From: Nemertoderma westbladi | Taxonomy: Eukaryota; Animalia; Xenacoelomorpha | Direction: 5' to 3' | Length of the DNA: 64,000 nt | Assembly (NCBI GenBank): GCA_032718475.1 | Contig: JAUCBJ010007596.1 | Span: 1-64,000, forward strand | Shown: positions 50,406 through 63,635 of the stretch, in pieces | Layout of the letters: each line of letters opens with the position of its first letter | Numbering within the stretch: position 1 is the stretch's first letter | Notes under the pieces: generated by a model | The model's input: the letters and a program-made list of their open reading frames with translations, nothing else | Database searches by the model: none | Told to the model about the DNA's origin: nothing | Program-made: the position numbers and the translations under genes

Positions 50406-51970
50406 CCCTATTAAACCCGGGGGGGGGGGTCAATATGACCCCCCCCCCCGTGGTTTTTTTATTATAATTCTGAAACAAACGCAGTTGGGAATCTGAAATT
50501 TTATGACTTTTCCTAAAAATATATTGTCTTCATGGTAGTGAAAACCGTTTTTAAAAATATTGGGTACTTTTCGAGTTATAGCACCATTTTTTAACCCTAC
50601 TTTTGGCACTTTTTTTGAGACGTTTTTTGAAAATTACATTTCATTAAATATGAATTGTAACATCTCTATTTTTGATTTACACCGGTTTTTTGGTGTTAGA
50701 AATTGGATGGAATTCATATAAATTGATTTAGAAATTTCAAACTTGTTTTTTTCGATGTGTGCCAAATTTTGGTGCCAGCACCAAATTTTGAAATAAGTCA
50801 ATTTTGTAAATTGATTGTTTGAAACTTGTTTTTTACGCAATTGGGGTTTTTTGGGGTTCTGGATTCGATGAAATATATACGAATTGCAACAAGCGTATCA
50901 AACTTGTATTTTTCGGTGCTGTGTGCAAATTTTGGTGCTAGCACTAAATTTCGAAAATCCATTCAATATATAAAATTGCTTGTGACAATTTATTTCTTGC
51001 GTTTTATAGGTTTATGGCTGTTCTGAATTCAATGGAAAATATAATTATCGAACTAGACATCTCAAACTTGTATTTTTCGGATGTGGGTGCAAAATGTGGT
51101 GCTAGCACCAAATTTTGAAAACCATCAAATATATCAATTGATTGTGTCACCTTGTTTCTTGCGTTATACGGGTTTGTGATGGTTCTGAATTCAATGGAAT
51201 CAGTAAAAATTTCATAAGAGTTCTCAAACTTGTATTTTTCGCCGGTGGGTGAAAATTGTTGCGCCAACACCAAATTTTGGAAAATATGCAAATTGATAAG
51301 TAGATAGTATCACCTTGTTTCTTGCGTTATACGGGTTTATGAGGGTCCTGAATCCGATGGAATCAATAAAAACAGCACTGGACATCGCACACTTGTACTT
51401 TTTGGTGATGGGTACGAAATTTTGTGCTAGCACCAAAATTTGCCAAATTTCGCCGAAAAATACAAGTAGCAATGATCTGGCATATTAGAAATGTATTACA
51501 TTAGAATCAGCGCCCTCGAAAACCTGAAAATGGAAATTTATAGCATCGTATAAGTGAATTAAAAATTTTGAGTTCTAACTGAAAAGTGCTGGTTACTTGT
51601 TTTTTTCATTTTTTTCCTACGCAGAGAGGACTAAACAGCCATTTATAGTAATCATATCATTTTTAAATATTTTCCAATGTATTATGCACCCCAAAAAACC
51701 TGTATTGAAAAATAATTAGCCGAAAATGTAACTTTCAAATTTTCTGAAAATTGTGCACTACTTGTAATTTTGGTGCTGCAATATAACCACCCCAGTACAT
51801 TTTTTCGAAAATTTTTTTTTTCGGTCGGATCCAGACAAGTGATACCTACGTACAAACAAAAAATCAGACGTTTTCGTAAATATTTGTAGATTTTAGAGGG
51901 GGGGGGAGGGTCAATATGACCCCCCCCCCCGGGTATTTGTACAACATTTTATAGCCCGGTACTAATAGGG
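50406..51970. mobile_element. Non-autonomous piggyBac-like element inside the BEL 3' region
   Basis: TTAA TSD (50402-50405, 51971-51974), TIR CCCTATTA..CCGG / CCGG..TAATAGGG, subterminal GGGGTCAATATGACCCC motifs, internal ~180-bp diverged tandem units. Confidence 0.88.
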
Positions 51971-52728
51971 TTAAATGAATTTCATAAATTGTCATTTGTG
52001 CAATTTATAACATTCCCAAAATTCCATTAATTAATAGATCATGGGAGCGGAGATTCATCCTATTGAGTGTATTAGAGTGCGAGAATCTCCAACATATAGT
52101 CAATAGCCGATAAAATTAATAAAATCATGTATAAAGAGGATATTGACAATTAAAGAATTACTATTAAATAGCATTCCAGATCTGTATGCATGAGAATTAC
52201 CCTAATTCTACCGCTAGCTTTCCATAATGTCACCATAGCAACACCCACACTAGAATTAGAAGCAAGTTAAAAGAACAATAGAAAGCTTGTCCCATTGCAT
52301 AGCATAGAGTATACATAGCACACTGTTAGTATCCAAAGATACACAGTAATAACGTGACATTCTGGAAGGCACTGACTAACGGACAAATGGCCTGTATGTG
52401 TACAATTGGTGACAGTTGTGTGGAATTTGTGCGTTTATAGGTGAATGTTACTGCTAAAGTATGTTTACAGTAGCTAGTCGCAATTGTGAAAGTAACCCAA
52501 CTCTCCTATAGAAAGAACCTAAAGTGGATTCAAGCCTTTGGGACAGACAGTGGAGTGACTTGTGCCGGTTATCGTTGTCGTGCTGTTGCTACATGTTGGC
52601 GTAAACACCGCGACGACGGTACATCGGCGCTGAGAATCCCACTGTCCGGGGGCAAAGAGAGGTAGGCAGCGACGTCCGCTCGCCTAAACATAAACTCATT
52701 ACAATATTAATAAACTCAGATAGCAGAT

Positions 52729-54179
52729 ATGACGGAGTTGATAGAAGATGATCTTGGTATCAGGGAGCGATATACTCTACCTTTACAAGCATTTGTGGAT
52801 AGCTTGATACGCGGTGAAGCCGATCCAACCATTACGGAGGACGATGGTCGTTATATCGAACCGCCGATGTCCCAAGAGCAACTTACGCGTGAATTGGACT
52901 ACCGAAAATTCACCGCTCACTATACGCATCGTAATGGTACGTATATGGACTTCCTAACTACCGGCCATCCTATCGATTTACATGATACGGACGATGTAGA
53001 CACCGAAAGGGAAATGGTTCTATTTAAATATCATACCCAGCGGAGTCGTAACGATAAACCGAGAATAGATCACGAAAATTATATTCGTAACAGACTGGGA
53101 AGACGAACCAATATGCCTAGAATTTGAGGAGATTCAGCCTATCGCGCCCGGAACAGCGACAACGATTACATCCTAGAATGGTATCAAGGTCCACAGTGTC
53201 TCACTGCGTACGATTATCGCCATGCCAACTATGTTTCTCGGCAACGTTGTCGGTTATGCGCATCGAGAGACCATGTTACGCCCATGGACACAAACGTCCG
53301 CTGTTCCTATTTCCACGAACAACCGGCGATGGAAATTTATTGCGCGTATTGCAGACTCAATAACTTGCACATTTTTGCGGTTTGCCCTCAATTTATGACT
53401 CAATGTCACCATTGTCAACTAAAGGGACACGCCAGTTTCGATTGCCCTTTTTTAATCACGATTTGGAAAGCGTAGATGAAATGATCACACTACGTTACAT
53501 CAGAGCTTGGGAAGCGAACACTGATTTACATTGTGATTCGCGCCATCGTTATTATCCTGGACGCGCTTACGAAGGAGTTTATGCGTTCCATCCTTATCTA
53601 TTCGCTTATGTCGAACAGAAATCACGCATATCGAGTTACGAGCTACTGAAGCGCGTCGGAGAATGTATTTCAACCAAATTCGTACGCAAATTTCTCAGGA
53701 GTGTTAATCCTAGCGACCTTCATTCCTATAACTTAATCAATTATATCCGTCAGGATCCGGACTATGGAGACTTATTTGTTAACTCACACCCCGAGTTACA
53801 GGAAGTATATCGACGGCCTTACGAATACCGAGCCCGCGAACGCGAGTTGGAAAGAACCATTAAACCCCGGAGGTTTCTAACTGCCTATGGTCCACCCACG
53901 GCTCTCGTTCAGACCACTCGTAAAGGACCCGTAAGAGTGGCTGTCTTAAAACGAGCTCTCAAAGCCGTTAGACCCCTCTCCCCCGACGTTGATGTCAATC
54001 AACCCGGTACTTCGACTGGCGGATACACCGACCATAATCCTACACCCTCTGATGCAATCATATTGCACCCTTCACCCAGGAGTTATAGCCCTCCTTGTAA
54101 AGTGGCTCGCCCCAAAGAGAAAAAGACTCTGGCTAGCTTTAAAAAACTGCGTAAACGCCGTCCGCGCAAGAAAGACTAA
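52729..54179 (+). pseudogene. Accessory ORF of the BEL element: multi-CCHC zinc-knuckle protein with basic C-terminus (one stop, one frameshift)
   Basis: The 52729 frame continues past TGA 53125 through CRLCASRDH...C, CAYCRLNNLHIFAVC and CHHCQLKGHASFDC. It then shifts at the T-run near 53446-53452 into the 53382-54179 frame ending KKLRKRRPRKKD. Confidence 0.7.
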
Positions 54180-54257
54180 CTGTTTAGAGTATTTACATAT
54201 ATTAGAAACTGTGATTTTTGTATATTTATAAACTTGAATCCCATTTTCTGGGAGCGG

Positions 54258-55444
54258 TGTAAAAGCTTTTGCGGATATACTCAGTCCCCCTCGCCCGCAA
54301 GGTACCGTTATAGGTGTTTTAACGGACATAAAAGTCATTCTTCGATATGTGTGCTTTGGTGGACATGGTAAGGCAAAAAACCCGCAATGCGTAAAATACC
54401 CTGGCACAGCTTAGCCTTGATGATTCAGATTACGACATCTAACAGCTGGTTGCTGACATGGAAACGGCCATTGGACACATGGTTCTTTGTTTAGCTTAAC
54501 AGCCAATCAGAGCGATTTTTTCTGTCGATGTGGAGATTTTTGGCAGATCATGCTAGGAGTGTTCAGTCTTACTGTTTTTCTTGATACTGTTGTGTTGTTT
54601 CTATCTAGGCCAGGAACACCGGCTCTAGAGTCAATTCGTTTCAGACTTTAGAAGAAACATTAGTAGGCTTAAGATTATAGAGCGTATAACTGTTATCAGT
54701 CCAGTTCATATCATAACATATCTTGTCATATCATATCTTAACCTACCGTCTTAATGCTTTTTACTGTTGTCATATTTTGTATCAGTTGGTTGAATATTAT
54801 TTGGAGAACATTTATAAAGAACCCAAATTTCCCAATTTTCTTGATACACTACAGGTTAGAGAGACAGGTTACATATAGCGATTGCGACTTACATTATTGT
54901 GGTTTGTAGTGAATTTAATGCTATTTGATAAGCACTACATGAGTCAGTTGCTGTTCTCTTTATATATGATAAAATTCATTGACGGTCGGCAAATTAGTGA
55001 GCAGTATTGTGTGTTACCGGTAGTGTGCATGATTGTGACTGATAACTAAGCATTTCCTAAAGAATGCGCCTCATACGTGAATCATAAGCCTTACCGACTT
55101 ACCGTTGTGTTTAGTACAAGTCATATCTCTGTTTACCTAGATAGAGCGCCACGTCCTAAAGGAACTGTTAATATTTCCCGAAAGTGAATAATATTGGTCA
55201 GAAATTATTTATTAACGATCAATCGAATAATACAGTAAGCTTACACTGCAATAATAATCTAAGCCCTCAGAATCCAGTCTCCCGGGTATATCCAGCGGGT
55301 GAATGGACGCGCACTAGGCTGGCTTCTGCTAATGTTGTGTTTATTGGTATTAAATATTTGTCAATTTCTAAAGTCTATTTATAAACCAAAAGACATATAA
55401 ATTTTGGCAGGTTAAACTGCTAAAGGTCTTCAAAAGCGCGTACA
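54258..55444 (+). repeat. BEL 3' LTR
   Basis: Direct repeat of 37900-39086, followed by TSD AGCGA. Confidence 0.97.
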
Positions 55445-56577
55445 AGCGAAAACGACTAAAATGGTGGGAATTTGCCGTGACCTTTGACGGCAAATCTAGA
55501 TGACTCTTTGTCATGGAATGCCACTGCAAAATCTATTTGCCGTGAAAATACACGACACCTGTATTTGCCGTGAAATATCACTGTAAAAAATATTTGTCGT
55601 GGATATTTGCCGCTATTATTCCACGGCAAATCTACTTGCCCGATTTTGTGTGGAACGAATGTGCCGGTGAATTTCGATATTTACTGTATTACGAAGGTAT
55701 GCTTGGATCGCGGCCATTATTTCACCATTCTTGTTCCACGATCGGTTTCTAATCGGATACTACTCGATAACCCTACTCGTTCTATACAATCGATATAATA
55801 GCTGTCTATGGTAATTGGACTACTGTTAGTACTACTGAGTTTAAACAACAATATAAGTCGAGACCAGCCATCTACTTAGGCGTGGATGGCGAAGCCCATC
55901 AGCTTCAGCTGACCATAACCATCTGTGTGCCAGACGGTATTACGGACCAAGGGATAAACACGACGATTATCTGTTGTTCGGTTTCGGCGACTTAAAATTT
56001 AGTTCTGCATCTACATTTATGTTGTCTCTAGAATGGAGAACTGTTACAATCTCAGAATATGTCAAGCCAAGTCTGAAATATGTGGTTATTTTTTCAGTTA
56101 GGCCTACATTATGCATTAGTTGGCCCAAATCGGCTAAGATTTTCGGCTTAGATTTCGATCAAGATATCTAAGCTGAAATGTTGGCCGAAATCTAAACCAG
56201 TCGCCGACATTTTCATATTTTTGAAGCCCACGGCGCCCCATACACATACATTTTTTTAATGTGGCCAATCTGGGCCACCGTACGTACAGTACATAAAAGC
56301 ATACATACAATGTACAGTACAATGCGGCGTGTTTTACGAACTCCTGGCTGCCAGGGTGGGGCGCTATCAGATTCCAGATAGGTCAACGGTCCCCATTACA
56401 GTGATTACACTTACACATTGCGGTTGCCACTTAACAGTTCACGTGTTCGGGTTCGTGGCCGTATGGCGTAGTAAATAGTAACGTACAATAAATCAAAGAG
56501 GAAAAAGGATGATAGGATGCCGCGCAGAGCGAATTTATGAGTATGGGAATAAACCGTTGAGCAACCATCGTCGCCTT

Positions 56578-56608
<31 letters not shown>

Positions 56609-56891
56609 GGGGTGGCAATAAATCCATATGCTTGTCACTCACGTCGCCAAAAACTGTGGTTACTAAAACATATGTTGAATTAAAACAAATACTGAAATAA
56701 TAATAAAGTACAAAAATAGAGACTCGGTATTTATCATCTGGACTGGGACCTGTTTATTGTGACAATGACAATAAATTGTAGACGTCATCATAATTATTAA
56801 TACGACGCATCACTAGTCACTACTAATCAGCTAATAGGATGTACGTCTCTCACTTGTGATTGGCTGTAACCTGGGATTATTGATTTGTATA

Positions 56892-58655
56892 GGGTAAACT
56901 GGGGTAATTTGGGACAAAATCGTCCTTTAAAGCTTTTTTCAGAATCTTAAAAACATTTTTTTGATAATCTGACCTTATCAAGTTGCACCATGTACCCATT
57001 CTATCAAACTAATTACTTAATTTTTATTTTCAAATAATTAATTACCCTTTTTTAATTAATATTCATCAGTGTCCCAAATTAACCCAGCATGGGGTAATTT
57101 GGGACAGTTGGGGGAATTTGGGACATAACATAAATCGAACAGTAGTAGCCCATTGTAATTGACACAAACTTTGTTGAGAAATTTTACAATGCATCAATAA
57201 GACCAAAAGTTGGGATTTTAGAGCCTGTTCGACACCATCAGTACAACAGTCTCCCGCTAGAGGGCTACATGTCAAACATTAACAATTAATAAATGTCCTC
57301 CCATCTGCCATCTCTCTGCATTTAATCCGACCAAAAGACAATGCTGAAACTTGTCATACTTGTATTAGACCAACCATTAGCTCATAACTGTCGAATGTGT
57401 CATTCAAAGGGGGCTAATCTGCATGCAGTTCTTTAGTCTGCCGCTAGAGGGCCGAATATCTGAAAGTGAAATCCTTGGCTCATTCCGTTATTTATGATCC
57501 GTTCAAGCAGTCAAGCTGAAACTTGTCAAAAATATGTTGTATTGTCTGTCTGTCTTTATCTGGTCTTTATGCCAGTATGTGCTCGGCCAGAATACACCCT
57601 GCATCAATGTGCTGCAGCAGCACTGCTGCTGCTGCTGTGTCTTGGAGGGGTCGGTAAGTGGTCTGCATTTCTTCAGTCTACCACTAGAGGGCAAAATGTA
57701 TGAAAGTGATCCTTCCACTTCCCCTGTACCCATTCTGCCATTTACTTGATCTAATCTGTTTAAGTTGAGTCTTGGAATATAGTACCAGATCACGACTACA
57801 TGATGTGTCTTTTTGAGGACGGTGATTCATCTGCAGTTCTCCAGTCTGCTCCTAGAGGGCGAAATGTCTGAAAGTGAAAACCTTCTCCCATTTCTGTGAT
57901 TCTAATTCGATTACCTTTAGCTGAATGTTGGCATAGTATGTACTACGGTATACTGGTATAGGCCCTGCTACTATACCACATGTTGAATCTTTGGGAAGAA
58001 GGTTATCGGTCATCTGTTCTCCAGTCTGCCGGTAGAGGGCAAAAATGTCTGAAAGTGACATCCTTGACTCATTCCATTATTTATGATCCGTCCTAGCTGA
58101 AACTTGTCAAATATGTTGTCTGTCTGTCTGTATGTATCAGTATGTGCTCTCTTTAGAATACATCCTGCGTCAGTAATGCAGTAATGTGCCTTGCAGTCTT
58201 GGTGGGGTCGGTAATTGGTCTGCAGTTCTGTTCTCCAGTCCTGCTCCTAGAGGGTAAAATGTATGAAAGTGATCTTCCGCTTACCCATGTCTCAATTTTC
58301 TTCATATTAATCTGTTTAAGATGAGTCTTGGAATATAAGTACCTGACCACGACTACATGCTGTGTCTTTTTGAGGAAGGTGATTAATCTGCTGCTGCTGC
58401 AGTTCTCGAGTCTGCTGCTAGAGGGCGAAATATCTGAAAGCGAACACCTTACACTTGCGACTTACCTGTGGCTGTGACGGCTAGTCTACCCGACAGCCCT
58501 ACAGAATTTAAAAGAGCTAGAGAAAGTATGAAGCTAAGTGTAGGCCTATAATTTAAACAACCCACCAAACCCCACTGCCTACAAGAAAAGACTTGTCCCA
58601 AATTACCCCAGCCTGTCCCAAATTCCCCCATGTCCCAAATTACCCCAGTTTACCC
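56892..58655. mobile_element. Non-autonomous Tc1/mariner (pogo-like) element with internal repeat array
   Basis: TA|GGGTAAACTGGGGTAATTTGGGACA ... TGTCCCAAATTACCCCAGTTTACCC|TA perfect TIR, subterminal repeats of the TIR core, internal ~600-bp diverged duplication. Confidence 0.9.
57245..58430 (+). promoter_or_regulatory. Array of seven co-oriented CTCF-like motifs
   Basis: Cores CCGCTAGAGGGC (~57254, ~57441), CCACTAGAGGGC (57681), CTCCTAGAGGGC (~57849), CCGGTAGAGGGC (~58029), CTCCTAGAGGGT (~58244) and CTGCTAGAGGGC (~58415). Several are preceded by TGCAGTTCT. Confidence 0.55.
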
Positions 58656-58923
58656 TAGTATAATATTTAACACCTCGGCATACTGTCTGACTGTCATACC
58701 GAACCCTGGAACCAGTATGCCAGCAGCTTCTGACTTCAGGGCTTCAATTACCGGTACCATCTAAATAATAATTGTATAATGACGTAAACTCTGAAACTGG
58801 TACCGGTAAACGACAAACGGCAATCACGAAGTCTGCAGTGGGCCTACTTTAGTTCAGTACCGGTACGGCCAGACGCGGGGGCCCTGTACATGATTGAGTA
58901 AAAAATATAAGAAATAGGAAAAA

Positions 58924-61655
58924 ATGCAGACGTCAAATGCATTGTCAACTGTAAGTTGTTTTTGTTTGCTGGTTTACCGGTAACCGATAGTCCAGTAGTC
59001 TGGTAGCTGGGTAGTGTTAGGCCTGTTCAGTACGTCTTCTGTCGTGCTGTCTTGTTCATCGGTAACCTGGTACCAGGACCAGCAGACCAGTGGTACCGGC
59101 AGTGGCAGACCGGACGGCAGGTGGCAGGACGGTCACAGCTAATGAAATCTGGAAATGGTACTGCCTGTACTGAAATAGTAATACAGAAATACTGCAATAG
59201 GCTACTGGCTGACTGGATGACTGGCCTACCGTAAAACAAGGCAGCGAGGTGGGTTTTGAGCTGGGGTGTCTAGATACATTGAGGTGACTTGATACAGCAA
59301 GTTAAGTTCTACTTTTTTCTTTAACGGATTGTAGGTGATAGCGTGATTTTATGATAAAAATTGAATGAAGTGAAAATTTTATGAAATTATAGACAAATAG
59401 CTGAATAGCAGAATAGATGAGAATTAGGCCTAGTAAAATACATTTTGCGATTGGTTCGCATTTATGCAGTTATGCGCAGGATACAGGGATAAGAAATAAT
59501 TTTACAAAAATTATTTTTGCATAGATAGGCTACCTAGCGGAGCGCTTAGATGGGCCTATAACAACATGACAGTATTGTAGTATTAAGAATATTAGATTAG
59601 GCCTATGTTCCCGTTCTTAAAAAAATCAAAAACTTACTTCTGTAGCCTACTTGTTTTAGCTACACCAATACACCTTCTGCACATCTTAATCTTACCTATC
59701 ATCAGCCTATTTGGGAATATCGCATCGCCATTCTGCCATTGGTTGGTGGTACCGTACCACCAATGGACCAATGTACGGTACCGTACCTAAAAAGTACTTT
59801 AGGCCTACCCAACCACCATCAAAGTTGGTTAATCAAATATTACAGAGTGGCGGCTCAAACCCTAATTAAAATTAAGGTTCCCCCCCAGAGCCCATTACCA
59901 CATTCATTAGTGTATTGGTACTATTGATATTGGCCCTTTGGGCTAATGGCATTTACCCCCGAATTAAGTTATGTTGGTAGTTGGTTGAGTGCGAATATCT
60001 CGCATCAGTGGCCCTAGTTAATAATTGTATTAAACTTTAAAGCAAAATGGTGGGTTATCTATTATCGCACAATTTTGAGCACATTATATTATATTTTTCG
60101 CATCTAAACAGAGTCGAAAAGTCAATAGAATATAAGAATACACCTACCTTTGTGTTAATAAATAAAGGAAATATATTATACCGCAGGCTGCTTTACTTTC
60201 GGTTGGTGGGATTCCGTTGTTGAGGATATGGCAGTGCCTACAGAAACCCGCCCCTAACAAACACAGATGCAACAAAAATAAACACAAGCCGGTCCCGTCT
60301 GCTGCAGTTCTAGACGACCCAGAGGTCCCCCTACTGGGAACCCCACAACTCCTTGATATTGCCGAGCCGTTATCAGCTACAAACATTAATTATTCTTCGT
60401 CAAACACTTTCTACGAGAACAAACATGGTAATTATTATAACCTAAACTGCTATCTTAGGAACAAAAACCTTCTAGCTTATTGGTTTCTAACTGTTACCGT
60501 TGGAGTTACTACTTAGCAATATATTTATTATTATATATTACATAGTTAGTGTACAGGAGGTATGTTAATATGTGACAGTACATAATTTATATATGACAGT
60601 TCATTTTCCATGTATCAACCCCCCTCTAAATGTTTGTATGATTGCAGGGCATCCTCAGACAGCTGTTACTAACCCACCCACACAGAGACACGGGTCCTGG
60701 CTTACCAGACCCTCCCTGACCCAGCACAGACCCCTACTACTACGTACCTACACGACAGTGCCCCGGAGATACTTCCAGTCTAGAGCGGCGCCGAAGGGGG
60801 ATTCACGTAGATCATCAGAGTTTACGGTATGTTTTATCTGAACCAACCACTGCATATAACTACAGTTAATCGTTTCCAACACGATTATAAATAAGTTGAA
60901 CAACCGGAATTACGTTTGAAGCTTTGAACACCGTTATTCATTTTTTTTATTAATATTGATAGAAATCACAACAGTTTCCTTTCATAATTAATTGCTATTC
61001 CAGTTCTCCAATTCTGCCTGACTGTTCTATATCTGCCTATTTGCGTTGCGGTATAGTAATTATGCCCCGTATTGCGCCTTTGTAGATTTATGTTGAGATA
61101 TACACTTCCAAACACAATCCATTTTTCCAAGATAACTAGGCCTATTTACAATGTCTATTTCACCCAAGTACTACAACACCCTCTTCTTATAGAACCATTT
61201 ATTAAGTCCATTCAACTCCAACCCCCTCTCGAGAACAGTAAACACCTAACAACTTTACCCACTGCGGTTGTTCGCAGTTTACAATATATTATATTTTATT
61301 ATCCTCGTAGGACTCAGAACGGGGACACAGTTCGAGCAGCGGTGAAACCGAGGGGGAGTTCTCGGCTATCCAGTTGCTGAGTCGTCGTATAGACGACCTC
61401 CGTTCCGAGGTGGACCGTCTCCGGACCGGCCGGACGCGGTACTTCTGGAACGCGTTCCGGGTCGGTCTCTACGTCCTCATCATTTACCTGCTCGTCGGCG
61501 ACTCCATAATCAATCTATTCCGGTCGGACGAGCCCGGAGACGAGAAGAAGCCCGGACGCCTGTCCGGAATAAAGTTCCGGTTGTTCGACGATTCGCCCAC
61601 CGATGATTTCGACTTCGTCGCCGATACCGGCGTCCGATTCGGCGATGTTAAAGGG
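58924..61655 (+). CDS. YME1L1: YME1L1/FtsH-like mitochondrial AAA protease, first four coding exons (58924-58950, 60187-60427, 60648-60826, 61311-61655); gene continues downstream
   Basis: GT-AG boundaries with compatible phases (0,1,0). The last exon encodes a TM helix (NAFRVGLYVLIIYLLVG) followed by DTGVRFGDVKG, the FtsH-family motif just before the AAA domain. The AAA domain itself is not in the window. Confidence 0.7.
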
Positions 61656-62108
61656 GTTCGTGAGAATTTATTAAATGATTACTTTTTTATTTATTTAATA
61701 ATTATTGTTCCAACTTTTACGGTTCATTTAGTTGGAGTGAACAGTGTATGTGGGAGGTCTACGTGTGAAGTAGAACAAACGATCGTAGTGAGTTACAATA
61801 AATCAACGAGTTCATAACATTTAAATTACTTTGCCTTGATTATATTCTTAGTTTCATTCGAAAATTGAATCGTTAACGAAACTGAAAAATAAAATAGATT
61901 TTGTTTTTGGGCAATTTTTTTGTGGAATTTCAAGTTTCGCAGACATGTTATTGGATGATACAAGTTATTGCAGTTTATTATCTCCGGTACATAACCGGAA
62001 TATATATTTTTGTTTTTGTTATTGCCACTGCAATATTTCTGACTTATTATATATATTTATTGAAATACTATGATTAACTGATTAAAGATATCTCAAGACT
62101 CTATAGTT

Positions 62109-63635
62109 ATGTCCTCGGCAGATCCCGATATTGCTACCGACAACAGCCACAGGTTCGTACGCTGCAGCGAGGCAATCCGCGCCCTGTTTCGCGTTCCGAA
62201 ACAAAATAAATCTGTCTCTCAAGACGACGAAAAATCCTTTTCTGACTTACTGACTACAATGCAAACTCTGCACAATAAGCTTTACTCCGATGTTTCTCGC
62301 GCCCGTGCCGATACTGTTTCAGCCGCCCACAAAAACGCCATCGCTGCCAAAGACCAACTGATTTCTACCCTCCACTATACCCCGGTCAGGGTGGAAGACA
62401 GTACGCAGTTATCAATCCCCGTCAATCCACCACTCATACCTACTTTTAGTGATGTTGTACGAGGTACAAGTACCAGTTCCAGCAGAAACCCACGATCAAC
62501 TACACCTCTCCAAAACAATAACACCAACATCACTACTCCCCCCACCATCCATGAGAACTCTCCTACCAATCAGCAAACCCAACGCACATACCACCGCCCT
62601 CCACCAATTATTGGAGCAAGATTGGGAACATCGTTAACAGTCGCTCGTAATACTCGCCAGAGATCGCGCAACTTAGCCCATATTTACATCGGTGGACTAG
62701 CCCCTTCAGTGAGCCCTGCTGATATTAAAGCCTACCTTCAAGACCAAAATCTACACTACCATGAGATCATCCGCAACTGCCACCTCCAGAGATTCATGGC
62801 GACAATGAATAGAACAATGGCGCTCCGATTTATTTCATCTAACGTGCAATCAGGAGGACCGAGACACACTGATGGACCCGCAGGTTTGGCAAGAAGGAGT
62901 AAATATACGGAACTACTACAGGCTCTCGGACCAAGAACGAATAGATCTGAATCTCAGACCACGCAGACAGAACGCAAATCGCAATTCACTAAATTAGCAA
63001 ACCCAATGACAACTACCCGAGTCTACTACCGGTAACCGTAGAAAACAATCTATTTTCATTTGTTTTTGCAATCCTTGGTCTGTAGTGAATAAGACTATTG
63101 AAACCAATCGCTTCATCATAGACAACGAGTTTCATATTCTAGCTCTCGCAGAAACCTGGCTTACTTCGAATGATTTCAATAATGCAGTCACCAATAAAAT
63201 GACACCACCTTCCTACTCCTTCGATCATGTACCTCGATTGACGGGGGGGGGGGGGGGTTTGGAATATTTCATCGTGACAACCTCCATGGAGAAAATCTCC
63301 CATTAGTACACTTTACCGCTTTAGAATCAATGGGGCTACAATTCAGAACACCAGCAGGACCACTGCGTATAATTGTTGTTTATCGTCCAGAGCCAACCAC
63401 AAGTGGAAATTCCTACAAACAATTCTTAGACGAATTCGAAGGTTATATGACACAGACCTTCATCAGTCAACACCATTGTTCGTGGAGATTTAAACCTACA
63501 CTTAGATACAAAGTCGCGTCCTATAGAACGCTTTAACAATATTCTAGAAAGACTAATATGCCTTACTCGATTTCTACACCAACCAACGCATCGCGCTGGT
63601 CATACAATATATGTCATTATTACACACATTGACCT
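62109..63635 (+). mobile_element. 5' part of a LINE (CR1/L2-like): ORF1 and degenerate APE endonuclease, within a YME1L1 intron
   Basis: ORF1 with RRM-like HIYIGGLAPSVSPADIKAYL. Endonuclease motifs NPWSVVNK, LALAETWL, RLTGGGGG, IVVYRP, GDLNLH and THRAGHT, with frameshifts. Confidence 0.85.

Larger units (their letters stand above)
37900..55444 (+). mobile_element. Full-length BEL/Pao LTR retrotransposon (17.5 kb), recent insertion
   Basis: 1187-bp LTRs TGT...ACA with about 3 differences seen by eye, 5-bp TSD AGCGA (37895-37899, 55445-55449), PPT-like GGGAGCGG before 54258, BEL-type gag-pol. Confidence 0.97.

Noticed and set aside
16057-56612. Long poly-C/poly-G runs (e.g. ~2760, 3115, 5932, 16047, 31101, 56588)
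   Set aside because: Scattered homopolymers mostly within repeats; lengths are unreliable and no specific function is supported.
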